Shown piece after piece: positions 1 to 10,714 of a stretch of 35,842 bases of DNA (positions are counted from its first letter, which is position 1; each line of letters opens with the position of its first letter). A program made the translations under genes and the position numbers. The notes below the pieces were generated by a model. That model ran no database searches. It was not told the origin of the DNA and worked only from the letters and a program-made list of their open reading frames with translations. This stretch comes from Chrysochromulina tobinii. Its lineage: Eukaryota. Location: the NCBI GenBank assembly GCA_001275005.1, contig JWZX01003089.1, positions 1 through 35,842 on the forward strand. The letters run 5' to 3'.

Positions 1-64
1 CGGCAGCGAGGGCGGCGGCGAGGTCGGCGGCGAAAGCGGCGGTAGCGGGGGCGGCGGCGGCGGC

Positions 65-1299
65 GGCGTCGTTTAGCGAGAAGAAACTGGACGGTTGAAT
101 CCGCCTCCTGCTCTTCCCTTCGCCGCCGCTTACGCTGGACCGTGAGCACCCGGCGTTCCGCAGGAGTGAGGCGCGGCGTTGCCGCCGCCCTCGTCGCCGC
201 GGCCGCTTTCTGAGCCCGATGTGATCGAACTGCTGCACGTTGGCTGTCGAGAATAATACCGGAGACATGTTGGTCGGCGAAATACGTGAAGTCCGAGACA
301 CGATGGGCGTGCGAATCGAGGACACGATAGCGGGCGTCCGCCGCGTTCGAGAGTCGAGCGGCATTGGCGGCTTCGACGGCGGCCGCGCGATGCGCAGCAA
401 GTGCCCGCTCCGCGTCTGCACGTGCACGCTCCGCATCTGCGCGTGCACGCTCCGCGTCTGCACATGCTTGCGTAGAAGAAAGTTCGTCGATCCCGTCGAG
501 CGCATCAGCAAGCGCCAGAGCGTCGTCAGCAGACGCCCGCGTCGCACGCCGCGTGACCACGCTAGAGAGCTCGCATTCCCAAAGAACATGTTCAACAGTC
601 TGTCGCCCCTTGCCACAGGGGCAGCCCCGTTTGGAAAGTATCGCTCCAAGAGAGTGTGGTCCAGTGTCTCGGAAGACGCGACTACCCAAGAGCCGCACTC
701 GGTCATCTCTGGCGGCCAGCACGGTGGATCGTTGCTGGTCGTTGAGCTTGGCGACCCGTAGCAGCTCGAGGCACCCTGGGCGTGCAAACATGGACGAAGG
801 TGTAGTGTAGTGCGTACGCACGACATGTAGATTGTACACGTGGAGCATGAGGTCACGCTCCGAGCCCTTGGCATAGTGCCGGATAGAGCAATGACGAAGT
901 GGTTCGCGGGGGCGAGGGAGGGGCACCGGCTCGCCCGAAAGGAACGATTTGGCAAGCGCGTCTACGGCGGCTTCGGGCAAATGTCCGCAGTGGGAGTGCG
1001 ACCACCAATAGGTGAGCGTCTCGAGGCGCTGCTCGAATGCCATAGCCCAGGCGAGCCAGTCGTCACAGAGCATGCGCGATCGAGCCGGGAGGCTCAGGCG
1101 GCGGAAATGCTCCCCGGCGAGAATGGGGGAGGTGGAGTCAAAGATGTAAAAGACGCGCTGTCCCTCGAGCTTGGCAAGCGCGTCGACGCGGTGTGCGAGC
1201 TCGGCGTCATAGTTGTCGCGTGCGCCTCCAACCAGGTCGTCGGCGGCGAGGGCGCCTCCGAGGCATGCGCCCGTATGCAGCAGCGCGGCGCGCGAGAGG
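65..1299 (-). mobile_element. Inverted, 5'-truncated, internally deleted copy of the non-LTR retrotransposon at 1300-4510
   Basis: 65-539 is the reverse complement of 3536-4010, and 540-1299 is the reverse complement of 2047-2806, with scattered substitutions. 729 nt (2807-3535) are missing. It encodes partial RNase H and the CPCGKGRQTVEHVLWEC knuckle on the minus strand. Confidence 0.8.
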
Positions 1300-4200
1300 G
1301 TCCCGCGCGAAGCTGTCCTCGATGCTCAGGCGATCTGGAGGGGCACGGCGTTCAACATGGCCGGGGCGCCCGACGGTTCTGCCAGCATTGGATCTCGCGC
1401 CGAGCTCGATGACCTCATTCAGCGCATGGCGAACGGTGATGTTGCTGCCGCGAGCGAGTGGACGGCTGCTTATCGCACCTGGGCTGCAGTGCCGCCGCCC
1501 CCCCCGCGATGCGAACGGCCGCTGCCGTCGCCTACTGCCGCGGAACTCTGCGGCGGTCCACATACCCGATTTCTTGTTCCGGGGCGCGGAGGGGAGATCG
1601 ACACCATCGTACGGGGGAAGCCCGCTCCCTCCTGCTCTGCTACGGACGCCGCGACGCTTGCGCGGCTTAGGTCTCAAGTGTGGCGCATCGCCCCAGACGG
1701 TCGCTCGATGGCCTGTTCTCTCGGCACCGAGCTTCGTCACGCATCCGTCATCGTTCAACTCTATGCGTCCGCGCTCCCCATCGCCGTCGACGCGTTCGAC
1801 CGGGAGCAAGCCGCCAAAGCCCAACGGCGCCTCAAAGTCAACGAGAAGCGCAATCTCGCTGGCCTCGACCCGCTACCGCCCGATGAGCCTAGCCCCGAGG
1901 AGAGATCATGGCAAGGGGGACCAGGATTCTGCGTTGCGCTCGCCAATTCCACACTTGATGCGATGCTCGCCGAATGAGCAGAGCCAAGGGTTCGCCTACA
2001 CTGCTGCGGTTGTTGGCGACGGCTCGTGGGATCCTCGGCGGAAGCGCCTCTCGCGCGCCGCGCTGCTGCACACGGGCGCATGCCTCGGAGGCGCCCTCGC
2101 CGCCGACGACCTGGTTGGAGGCGCACGCGACAACTATGACGCCGAGCTCGCACACCGCGTCGACGCGCTTGCCAAGCTCGAGGGACAGCGCGTCCTTTAC
2201 ATCTTTGACTCCACCTCCCCCATTCTCGCCGGGGAGCATTTCCGCCGCCTGAGCCTCCCGGCTCGATCGCGCATGCTCTGTGACGATTGGCTCGCCTGGG
2301 CTATGGCGTTCGAGCAGCGCCTCGAGACGCTCACCTATTGGTGGTCGCACTCCCACTGCGGACATTTGCCCGAAGCCGCCGTAGACGCGCTTGCCAAATC
2401 GTTCCTTTCGGGCGAGCCGGTGCCCCTCCCTCGCCCCCACGAACCACTTCGTCATTGTTCTATCCGGCACTATGCCAAGGGCTCGGAGCGCGACCTCATG
2501 CTCCACGTGTACAATCTACATGTCGTGCGTACGCACTACACTACACCTTCGTCGATGTTTGCACGCCCAGGGTGCCTTGAGCTGCTACGGGTCGCCAAGC
2601 TCAACGACCAGCAACGATCCACCGTGCTGGCCGCCAGAGATGACCGAGTGCGGCTCCTGGGTAGTCGCGTCTTCCGAGACACTGGACCACACTCTCTTGG
2701 AGCGATACTTGCCAAACGGGGCTGCCCCTGTGGCAAGGGGCGACAGACTGTTGAACATGTTCTTTGGGAGTGCGAGCTCTCTAGCGTGGTCACGCGTCGT
2801 GCGACGCTTCTCGCTCCCGCTTGCGATGCTCTCGGTGCGGCGCTCGACCGCTGCGAACCCGTCACTCGCGACCACGCAGTCTCCTCGATTGTGCGTCGCG
2901 CTCTCGAACGCAGACGACGCCCGGAGGCATACCGCACGCTCACCGGTGCTGGGACACCCACGAGCATCTCGTGCGACGAGGCCAACCAGGCCGCCCTCGC
3001 GCATGTGCTTGGCATCATTCGAGAGCCCTTCGACTGGTTTCGCCCGACCATCCATCTCGCCCGCCCTCTCCTACACGCCTCTCTCGCCATGATTGCCGCC
3101 GCCATCCAGGCCTCTACGACCACACTTCGGGCCGCCATTCTCACCAGTCGCCGTCTCACGACCACCCATCGCGCTCTCCAGCGGCTTCGGTTCCAGACGT
3201 GGACCCACCCTAAGCCCGCCGGAACGCCATGCAGGTGCTGTGCAATTCCCGGCTCGCCCGCGCCGGGCGTTCACGTCCTAGGGTCGCGCCGTCCGATCGA
3301 TGGTGCCCGCGCCGTTCAAGCTGTTCAGCAGCGGGAAGGCGTCCGCGCCCAGGGTCCCCCCCAGCTCTCGAGCATTCGCTCTTTCGTCACTCGCGCTCGT
3401 GAGGAGGCGTTCCAATCGAGCAGAGCTGCCCGCGAGGTCTCTTTTCGGCTACTACAGGATTGCCTCGCACGGGACGACGACGCATCCGCCGCGCTTGCAC
3501 GAGCCAACGACGCTCGGGCGCTTGCTGACGACGCTCGGGCGTCTGCTGACGACGCTCTGGCGCTTGCTGATGCGCTCGACGGGATCGACGAACTTTCTTC
3601 TACGCAAGCATGTGCAGACGCGGAGCGTGCACGCGCAGACGCGGAGCGTGCACGTGCAGACGCGGAGCGGGCACTCGCTGCGCATCGCGCGGCCGCCGTC
3701 GAAGCCGCCAATGCTGCTCGACTCTCGAACGCGGCGGACGCCCGCTATCGTGACCTCAATTCGCACGCCCATCGTGTCTCGGACTTCACGTATTTCGCCG
3801 CCCAACATGTCTCCGGTATTATTCTTGACGGCCAACGTGCAGCGGTTCGATCACATCGGTCCCAGAAAGCGGCCGCGGCGGCGAGGGCGGCGGCAACGCC
3901 GCGCCTCACCCCTGCGGAACGCCGGGTGCTCACGGTCCAGCGTAAGCGGCGGCGAAGGGAGGAGCAGGAGGCAGACTCAACCGTCCAGTTTCTTCTCGCT
4001 AAACGACGCCTCGATGCGTGCCCGGGAGCCGCTGACATGGTCGATCGGGCTCGCGCTGCTGCGCGCAGGTGTCGCGCGAACGTCTTGAGCCTCGACGATC
4101 GACTACGGGCGACCCGCCGATCGGCGATCGTGGCCAGCTACATGGCTTTGCGCCGCGAGGTGGCGGGCGCTAGCCACGCGGTGCAGGAGATCGTGCTGCG

Positions 4201-4510
4201 TATGCGCACGGCTGCGCGCGACATGCGCAGAGGGGTGCTGGCTCGGAGACTTCACGGGCCCCCCCCTCGGATGGGGTACGAGTGGCGAGTGCAGATACGG
4301 CTCGCTGGAGTTACGGCGCCGCGACGGTCGCGAGTGCGTGCTGCCGCAGCCAAGGCTGCTGCAAACAGCGGCCCCATTGGCTCCTCTGGTATACATTCGG
4401 GGGAAGAGGGACACCAGGCTGGCGAAGATGCTAGCTCGGGGTTCTCTCTTCCCCCCAGCTTCGCCGATTAACGGCCTGTGTTAATACGGTTGTGTTAGCA
4501 CGGGTTGTGT
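1300..4510 (+). mobile_element. 5'-truncated non-LTR (LINE-like) retrotransposon ORF: RNase H, CCHC zinc knuckle and a long Ala/Arg-rich tail; frameshift near 1975
   Basis: RNase H motifs occur in order at ~1995-2400: VVGDGSW (D), DNYDAEL (E), YIFDSTS (D), WSHSHCG (H), AVDALAK (D). The C-x-C-x8-H-x4-C knuckle lies at ~2723-2773. No RT domain is in the window. The frame of ORF 1213-1977 stops at TGA 1975, and the RNase H frame continues from 1976 to the stop at 4471. Confidence 0.75.
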
Positions 4511-4662
4511 CGGCCACACCTCCGTCCATAGTGATAGTGGCTCTCGTGCTTGGGGGTCCGGAGCGTGTGCGCGTTGTGTTGAGCAGCAGCAGCAGCACAT
4601 CGACGGACTCGCCTCGTCGGCCGGCGCGGGCGCGCGCGCGCGCATCGAATCACCCTGATCGC

Positions 4663-7049
4663 ATGGCGCCGCACGACCTCTTCCCACCGCTTCCGTTCGT
4701 GACCTCGCTCGAGGGCATTGGCGGTTGCATCAAGGCGAGCGCGAGCGACTTTTGCGTCACCGAAGTTGGGGACCCGTCTGAGCCGTGTGCGGATGGCAAG
4801 CATGCTCACGTGACGCTTACGCGCTCGGATCTGAACACGCGCGACGTGCAGCAGCGCCTCGCCAAACTCTTTTCGGTGCAGGTCGACGAGATCGGCGTCG
4901 CGGGACTCAAGGACCGCACCGCGCGCGTCACGCAGACCTTCAGCCTGCCGCGAGAACGTTTACCCAAGGAGTTGCGCACGACCGAGTCGACGGCGCAGAT
5001 CGCGGCGATGCTGAGGGAGAGCGCGGGCGCGAATGGATGGGTCGCCCCCGCCGAAGAGCCATCCTGGCACCGCTCCAAGCTCAAGAAAGGTCATCTGGTG
5101 GGCAACCGGTTCGAGATCATCATCTCGCAGGTGAGGGCCTCTGATGGCCTCGGATGACCTCTGATTTCCTGTGATGACCTCTGATGGCCTCCGATCGACT
5201 GCGAAATCCTCGTCTCGCAGTGCGCCGTGCCGCCCGAAGTGGCAGTGGCCCGCGCACACGCGATCGCCGACGAGCTACGATCTCGCGGCGGCTGGCCCAA
5301 TTACTATGGGCCGCAGGCATGCTGCAAGCCTGATTGCGCCTGATTGAGCCTGATTGCGCCCAATTACTATGGGCCGCAGGCATGCTGCGAGCCTGATTGC
5401 GCCTGAGTGTGCCTGATTGCGCCTGATTGCGCCTGATTGCGCCTGAGTGTGCCTTCCCCAATTACTACGGGACGCAGCGCTTCGGGCATGGAGGCACCTC
5501 CGCCACTAATTGCCTCTAATTGCCACTGATTGCCGCAGCGCTTCGGGCATGGAGGCTCCTCCGCCACCCGAGGCCGTGGGATCCTATTTGAACGCTTGAG
5601 GGTGCGACCGCCGTGGGGTTGGGTCGAGGGCAGCGAAGGCGGCGGCGGCGGAAAGGCCGAGGGCGAGGGCGGCGAGGGCGCTGTGTTGGGCGGCGTGAGC
5701 GCTGTGTTGGGCGGCGGAGAGGCCGAGGGCGAGGGCGGCGAGGGCGGCGAGGGTGCCGAGGCCAAAGGCGGCGGTGGCGGCGGTGGCGGCGGCGGCGGCG
5801 GCGAGCGCCCCACCAAGCGCCAGAAACGGAAGCGGCGTGCGCCTTGGCTGGATGCGCTCTACCTCTCCGCGTTCCAGTCATCGATGTTCAACGCTTGGCT
5901 TGCGGAGAGGGTGTCTCGCGGGCTGCTGGGCACGTTGCTCTGTGGGGATCTGGTCTCGTTCCCACAGGTGAGCCTGATGGCAAGCATGCTGAAGAGTGCC
6001 TGCGCGAGTCCATGCTGATGGCCGCCCTGTGGGGATTTGGCCTCGTGCCCATGACGGCGCCTCCGCCCTGTGGGGATTTGGTCTCGTGCCCACAGTCTGC
6101 TGCCAAGCCACGCCTCATCAAGCCGCCAGCTGGCAAGGCTTCATCAAGCCTCATCAAGCCTCATCAGCAAGGCCATCAAGCCTCATCAAGCCTCATCCAG
6201 CCGCCAGCTGGCAAGCTGGCAGCGGGAGCTGACGCCGAGATTGCGGGAGCTGACGCCGAGACTGGCGGCAAGGGCGAAGCGGAGATTGAGGTGTTGGGGA
6301 GCAGCGCGGAGATCAAGGGAGATCAGGGGAGCAGCGCCGAGATCAGGTCTGAGGTCAAGGCTGCCGTTGCTACCGGTACCGGCACCTTCTCGAGTGCGGA
6401 CTGGAGCGCTACACCGAGCGCGGAGGACTTGGCCGACTTCGCGAGGGGTCTCATCACGCTTACGGGGCCCATGTACTAGGGAGCATTGCCCTGATGGTCC
6501 TCTGATTGCTGTTCTCATCACGCTCACGGGGCCCATGTACTAGGGAGTCCCTGATGGTCCTCTGGTTGCTGTCTGACTGCGGTCTGATTGCGGTCTGGTT
6601 GCGGTCTGATGCTGTCTGATTGCCTCACTGAGTGCCTCAGGTACGGCGGCCAGATGGCACGGCCGTTTGGATCTCCCGCTGAGCTCGAGGCGGAGATTTG
6701 GGCGATCCACGCGCCCGGTCTGATGACCGACGCCATCAAGCCCTCGCTACTGCAAGGCGGTCGTCGTGTGGCGAAGCTACCAGTCCCTGAGGACCTGACC
6801 ATCGAAGCTCACGTACCCTCCGGCGGCGTCCGGTTCACCTTCTCGCTACCTGCCGGCGCATACGCCACCACGTTCCTGCGTGAGTTCGTACGAGCCCAGG
6901 ACGACGCTCTGCACGTAGGGATGGTTGGCGCTGAAGGCGCTGGAGGTGCGGGCGGGTCGGGCGGGTCGGGTGGGCAGGTGCCCGGCGGCGGCGATGGCGA
7001 GGCGGAGGACGACGAGGATGTGCTGTTCGCCAGCGCAGATGCATGCTGA
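4663..7049 (+). CDS. PUS7: TruD/PUS7-family pseudouridine synthase; exons 4663-5130, 5221-5316, 5539-5967, 6096-6472, 6641-7049 (possible extra intron 6138-6215)
   Basis: Motifs DFCVTEV, AGLKDRTARVTQ (catalytic Asp), GHLVGNRFEI, NYYGPQ|RFG (restored by splicing), SAFQSSMFN, TGPM|YG and FSLPAGAYATTFLREF. GT/GC-AG boundaries keep the frame. Confidence 0.9.
5131..5220 (+). other. GT-AG intron with 10-mer repeats; its 3' end copies the upstream exon end
   Basis: Exon end GAGATCATCATCTCGCAG (5113-5130) versus intron end GAAATCCTCGTCTCGCAG (5203-5220). Filler consists of TGATGGCCTC-like units. Confidence 0.85.
5317..5538 (+). other. GC-AG intron with (GCCTGATTGC)n and internal exon copies
   Basis: CAG|GCATGC donor. 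Removing the intron restores the TruD NYYGPQRFG motif. Exon copies lie at ~5359-5388 and ~5457-5506. Confidence 0.8.
5968..6095 (+). other. GT-AG intron containing two copies of the upstream exon end
   Basis: CTGTGGGGATCTGGTCTCGTTCCCACAG (5940-5967) recurs at ~6027-6051 and 6068-6095. The second copy supplies the AG. Confidence 0.85.
6473..6640 (+). other. GT-AG intron with a duplicated exon/donor segment and 10-mer repeats
   Basis: ~6450-6483 is repeated at ~6512-6546, followed by GGTCTGATTG-like units. Splicing gives TGPMYGGQM. Confidence 0.85.
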
Positions 7050-7422
7050 ACGCCCCTGAGCCCTGGGCCAACGTCACTCACCACAGTAGAGAGTCCCTAC
7101 CTTTTGAACCTTTGGCGTTGCCAGCCTTAGTCTTGGTGGGACGTCGGGTGCCGTCGGGTCGCGTACACGTTGGCAACGTCACTTTCCTACAGATGGATAC
7201 TCTTCGTGAACGATCCTCCACGCTCTGCCTCGTGTAACATTACATGCTGGACTGGCGCACTGGCCAGGAAAACGTATGAATCGTTATAGTACGTCGAGTA
7301 TTCAATATTTAATTGAGCTAACGTCAAACGTGTTCGCGCGCAATGCCAATGGCGGTTGGCGCACAATCGCACAGTTGACAGTTCTTCCACCCACATGGTC
7401 TGCAAACCAGTAAACCAGGACT

Positions 7423-7562
7423 CTAGGAGGTAGGAGCCAATGAATGCGCCCCCGCACTGAGGCTTGTGAGGCAGGAATGCAGCTCTATTGATATCTTTGA
7501 GGAGCAGCCAGAGAAGGCACCATCACCTAGGCTCGTGAGGCCGGTGGGCAGCTCAATCGGCA
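7423..7562 (-). pseudogene. Out-of-frame relic BspA-type LRR units downstream of the LRR gene
   Basis: IELPTGLTSLGDGAFSGCSSKISIEL lies in a different frame from the 7553-9535 CDS. Confidence 0.6.
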
Positions 7563-9535
7563 TAAACTGCCGGTACAAAGCAAAGGACGGCACTGGGAGG
7601 CACTTGGGCAAACCTGAGAATGCTTTCATCAAAGCCAGCAGGCAGCTCAATTGACATCAACGAGGAGCAGCCACCGAAGGCCCACTTACCGATGCTTGTG
7701 AGGCCGGCAGGCAGCGCGATTGATGCCAACGAGGAACAGCCACAGAAGGCGCTCTCACTGAGGCTCGTGAGGCCAGCGGGCAGCTCAATCGACGTCATCG
7801 AGGAGCAGCCAGAGAAGGCGCGCACACCGATGCTCGTGAGGCCGGCGGGAAGCTCGATCGACGTCAACGAGGAGCAGCCATAGAAGGCGTTCACACCGAT
7901 GCTCGTGAGGCCAGCGGGCAGCTCAATTGACGTCAATGAGGAGCAGCCCTCGAAGGCGCCATTGCCAAGGCTTGTGAGGCCAGCGGGCAGCTCGATCGAT
8001 GCCAACGAGGAGCAGCCACGGAAGGCGCTCACACCGAGGCTCGTGAGGCCGGCGGGAAGCTCGATCGACGTCAACGAGGAGCAGCCATAGAAGGCGTTCA
8101 CACCGATGCTCGTGAGGCCGGCAGGCAGCTCGATTGACGTCATCGAGGAGCAGCTAGCAAAGGCGCTACTCCCGAGGCTCGTGAGGCCAGCGGGCAGCGC
8201 GATCGACATCATCGAGGAGCAGTGAACGAAGGCAAAAGCACCGAGGCTCGTGAGGCCGGCGGGCAGCTGGATCGACGTCATCGAGGAGCAGCCATAGAAG
8301 GCGCCCTTACCAAGGCTCGTGAGGCCGGCGGGCAGCTCGATCGACATCAATGAGGAGCAGTCATTGAAGGCGTACTCACCGATGCTCGTGAGGCCGGTGG
8401 GCAGCTCGATCGACGTCATCGAGGAGCAGCCCCAGAAGGCGTCATCACCGATGCTCGTGAGGCCGGCGGGCAGCGCGATCGACGTCATCGATGTGTCATC
8501 ACGGAACGCGCCCGCCGGCACGCGCGCCTCACCGTTGCGCAGCGCGCACGCGGCGAGCAGCACCTCCATCGGCGCCTCGCCCTCGCCGCGGATGCACGCG
8601 CGCACCCCTGCCATCGGATACGGCTGCGTACCATCTTCATATTCTTCCGATACATCCGATGACGCCACGCGCCTCAGCGCGGCCACATCCACCTCGAAGC
8701 CGCCCAGCCCCGTCACCTTTGCCAGGCTGGGCAGCCAGCGCAATGCGTCGACCGCGTCCGCGAAGAGGCGACCGGCGGCGCGGCTGCCCGAGAGGTCGAG
8801 CTCAGTCACCTCGACGAGGTTGCTCGTGAGCGGCAGGCCGACGCGTGCGCACAGCCGCGCGCACAGGACGCGCCGCGCCCGCGCGCGCCACGCTAGGCTC
8901 ACGCTCTTGAGCGCGCGCAGCGTCGGCATGTCGGCGTCCGCGAGGGCGTCCTCGAGGGCGTCCTCGTTGACGAGCTGCGCCGAGAACCAGCACACGGTGG
9001 CTGGCGGTGTGGGTGCGTCGGCCGCTCGCGGTGCAGTGGCGTCGTGCTGAGCGTCTTGCATGTACAGCGGCTCCTCCGTCGCCGCCTGCCGCTCCGCCTC
9101 GGTGGGGAAGTCGCTCACGACGCCCAGCAGCCGCCCGAGCTCCGGGCCACTCTTGCCGGCGAGGTGGCCGGTGCACAGGGAACGCGAGAGGCTTCGGAGA
9201 ATCTCGACGTCCACGTCGAGAAAGTGCGCGCCATGCAACAGCTGCGCGAGCTGCGCGAGCGAGCACCCATCCAGCGCCCCGCCCTCTTCCGCACCGCCCT
9301 CGGCGACCCGCGAGAGCGTGCGGAGCGCAGCCGCAGGCACCAGAGTGGCGAACGCCCCCTCGGCGCCGCCCGTGTCGCTCACCCAGTTGGCGAGCGCCGC
9401 CGATCGCGCCGCGGCCGAACGGGACCACGCGACCACCTCGCCCTCGGCGCTTCGCACCCTCACATCGTCGCCGTCGCCGCCGTTGACGTCGCCGCCGCCG
9501 CTGTCACCGCCGCCGCCGATCCGACGTCGCTTCAT
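7553..9535 (-). CDS. Skp1-like domain, F-box-like motif and 13 BspA-type (LRR_5) leucine-rich repeats; intronless
   Basis: ATG at 9535 (MKRRR). Skp1 signatures: VRVRSAEGEV, LLHGAHFLDV and LAGKSGPELGRLLGVVSDFPTEAE. F-box-like NEDALEDAL...TLRALKSVSLAWR. 23-aa repeats of the form LPAGLTSxGxxAFxGCSSLxSIE. Confidence 0.85.
   Translation of the reverse strand: MKRRRIGGGGDSGGGDVNGGDGDDVRVRSAEGEVVAWSRSAAARSAALANWVSDTGGAEGAFATLVPAAALRTLSRVAEGGAEEGGALDGCSLAQLAQLLHGAHFLDVDVEILRSLSRSLCTGHLAGKSGPELGRLLGVVSDFPTEAERQAATEEPLYMQDAQHDATAPRAADAPTPPATVCWFSAQLVNEDALEDALADADMPTLRALKSVSLAWRARARRVLCARLCARVGLPLTSNLVEVTELDLSGSRAAGRLFADAVDALRWLPSLAKVTGLGGFEVDVAALRRVASSDVSEEYEDGTQPYPMAGVRACIRGEGEAPMEVLLAACALRNGEARVPAGAFRDDTSMTSIALPAGLTSIGDDAFWGCSSMTSIELPTGLTSIGEYAFNDCSSLMSIELPAGLTSLGKGAFYGCSSMTSIQLPAGLTSLGAFAFVHCSSMMSIALPAGLTSLGSSAFASCSSMTSIELPAGLTSIGVNAFYGCSSLTSIELPAGLTSLGVSAFRGCSSLASIELPAGLTSLGNGAFEGCSSLTSIELPAGLTSIGVNAFYGCSSLTSIELPAGLTSIGVRAFSGCSSMTSIELPAGLTSLSESAFCGCSSLASIALPAGLTSIGKWAFGGCSSLMSIELPAGFDESILRFAQVPPSAVLCFVPAVYAD
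7630..8520 (-). repeat. 69-bp coding tandem array (BspA LRR units)
   Basis: GCTCGTGAGGCC...GCAGCTCGATCGACGTCA..GAGGAGCAG recurs every 69 nt. Confidence 0.95.
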
Positions 9536-9850
9536 GCACGCTCCTGTCCTTGTGAATTGGTGATCTGGTGTTAATACTCGGTCTGGGGGAAAGCGTGTGA
9601 AACTGTGATTTGAGGTTCCGTCCGGGGTTCCTGTCCTCGCTCGTGGTCGTGCGGTCGTGGCGCACGTTTTTCCCCACGAACATTCGCTGTTCTTTGAGAA
9701 AGGGTCAGTTGAATCGACACACAAGGTACCGACCAGCCACTACCACGCAAAACACTGCCACGCAGTGGTCGCGTCGCTCGGTGGACTAACACACCGGCGA
9801 GGATTTTCAAGGATCCGGCCCCCACCCCCCGTCCCAGCCACACTACATCT

Positions 9851-9937
9851 ATGGGCTTACTTGTTAACAGTGAAACAGGACACAGTGGAGACCAGCAACC
9901 GATGGGCTTTATTGTTAACAGTGAAACAAGACACAGC
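9851..9937. repeat. ~35-bp direct repeat upstream of the Skp1-F-box-LRR gene
   Basis: ATGGGCTT..TTGTTAACAGTGAAACA(G/A)GACACAG occurs at ~9851 and ~9902. Confidence 0.7.
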
Positions 9938-10714
9938 ACTTTTGTTCCACAATACCGGTAGCGAACGTTACAAAACGTCCTGGGATGAGGAATTCGGGAG
10001 CGCCGAAAGTTTGAATGGAAATCCATTTATCGAGGCGCGGTTCATAGTCTCTCGACATACATGTAGTCTCAAGACTCTCGTCGAGTCGTTTGAAACGCCG
10101 CGCCGCCGGCATGCGGATGGCGCGCCCGCGCGCGCCGCCCGCGGGCCCGCGGCCCCGCACCGCGGGCACTTTTAAAGTCAGAAGTGCCGAAAACGACCAC
10201 GAGTTCGAGTACGAGCTTGTTCGCGGGGTTGCAAACATCTACACTACAGCGAGGCGCCTACCGCGGAACAAACCGTTTGTCATGACACCAGGATGACCAA
10301 TTGGAATCAGAGTGGGCACGCGACTCCCGCAGTGCCACAGCTGTCCTGAGCAGCTATCTACTTCGTCAGCTGGTAATAAACAAGTGCGCGGGATCAACAC
10401 GCGTCTGTCATTTTGCTGTCTCCGCTTCGGAGCGCAGCGCGCCCATGCCCCATCAGCGTTTGGGTGGGCAGACCCACATCAAACGCATGGCCCTTCGCAA
10501 GCCCGCCGGTTGTCGCGTAGCACCATGGCCCACATATCGCATCGCCGGGCTGTGGCGATTGCTGGCGGACGTCGACGACGAGACATCACTCGAGGAGGCC
10601 AGCTCTTGGGCCTTGCCACTCGCCCGGTGGTCGGAGGCGTGGAGACCTTCAGTGAGGACCGCGCACTGTGCCGAGGTTGAGCAAGTGCTATTGGCAACTG
10701 GCCCGTTGTGTCTC

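Noticed and set aside
1193..1975. N-terminal part of the 1092-aa ORF
   Set aside because: It spans the inversion junction and has R/S/P-rich shadow composition. The likely coding frame here is that of ORF 1213-1977.
7567..7613. 47-nt GT-AG intron that might join the relic LRR units
   Set aside because: Removing it does not put the downstream repeats in frame.
7630..8520. Repeat-spacer-like pattern (CRISPR or DGR)
   Set aside because: It is an in-frame 69-nt coding LRR array. There is no RT or template repeat, and the variation is not adenine-specific.
9560..10010. Possible MITE or RNA gene in the lower-GC intergenic stretch
   Set aside because: I could not identify terminal inverted repeats, a target duplication or a tRNA/snRNA structure.
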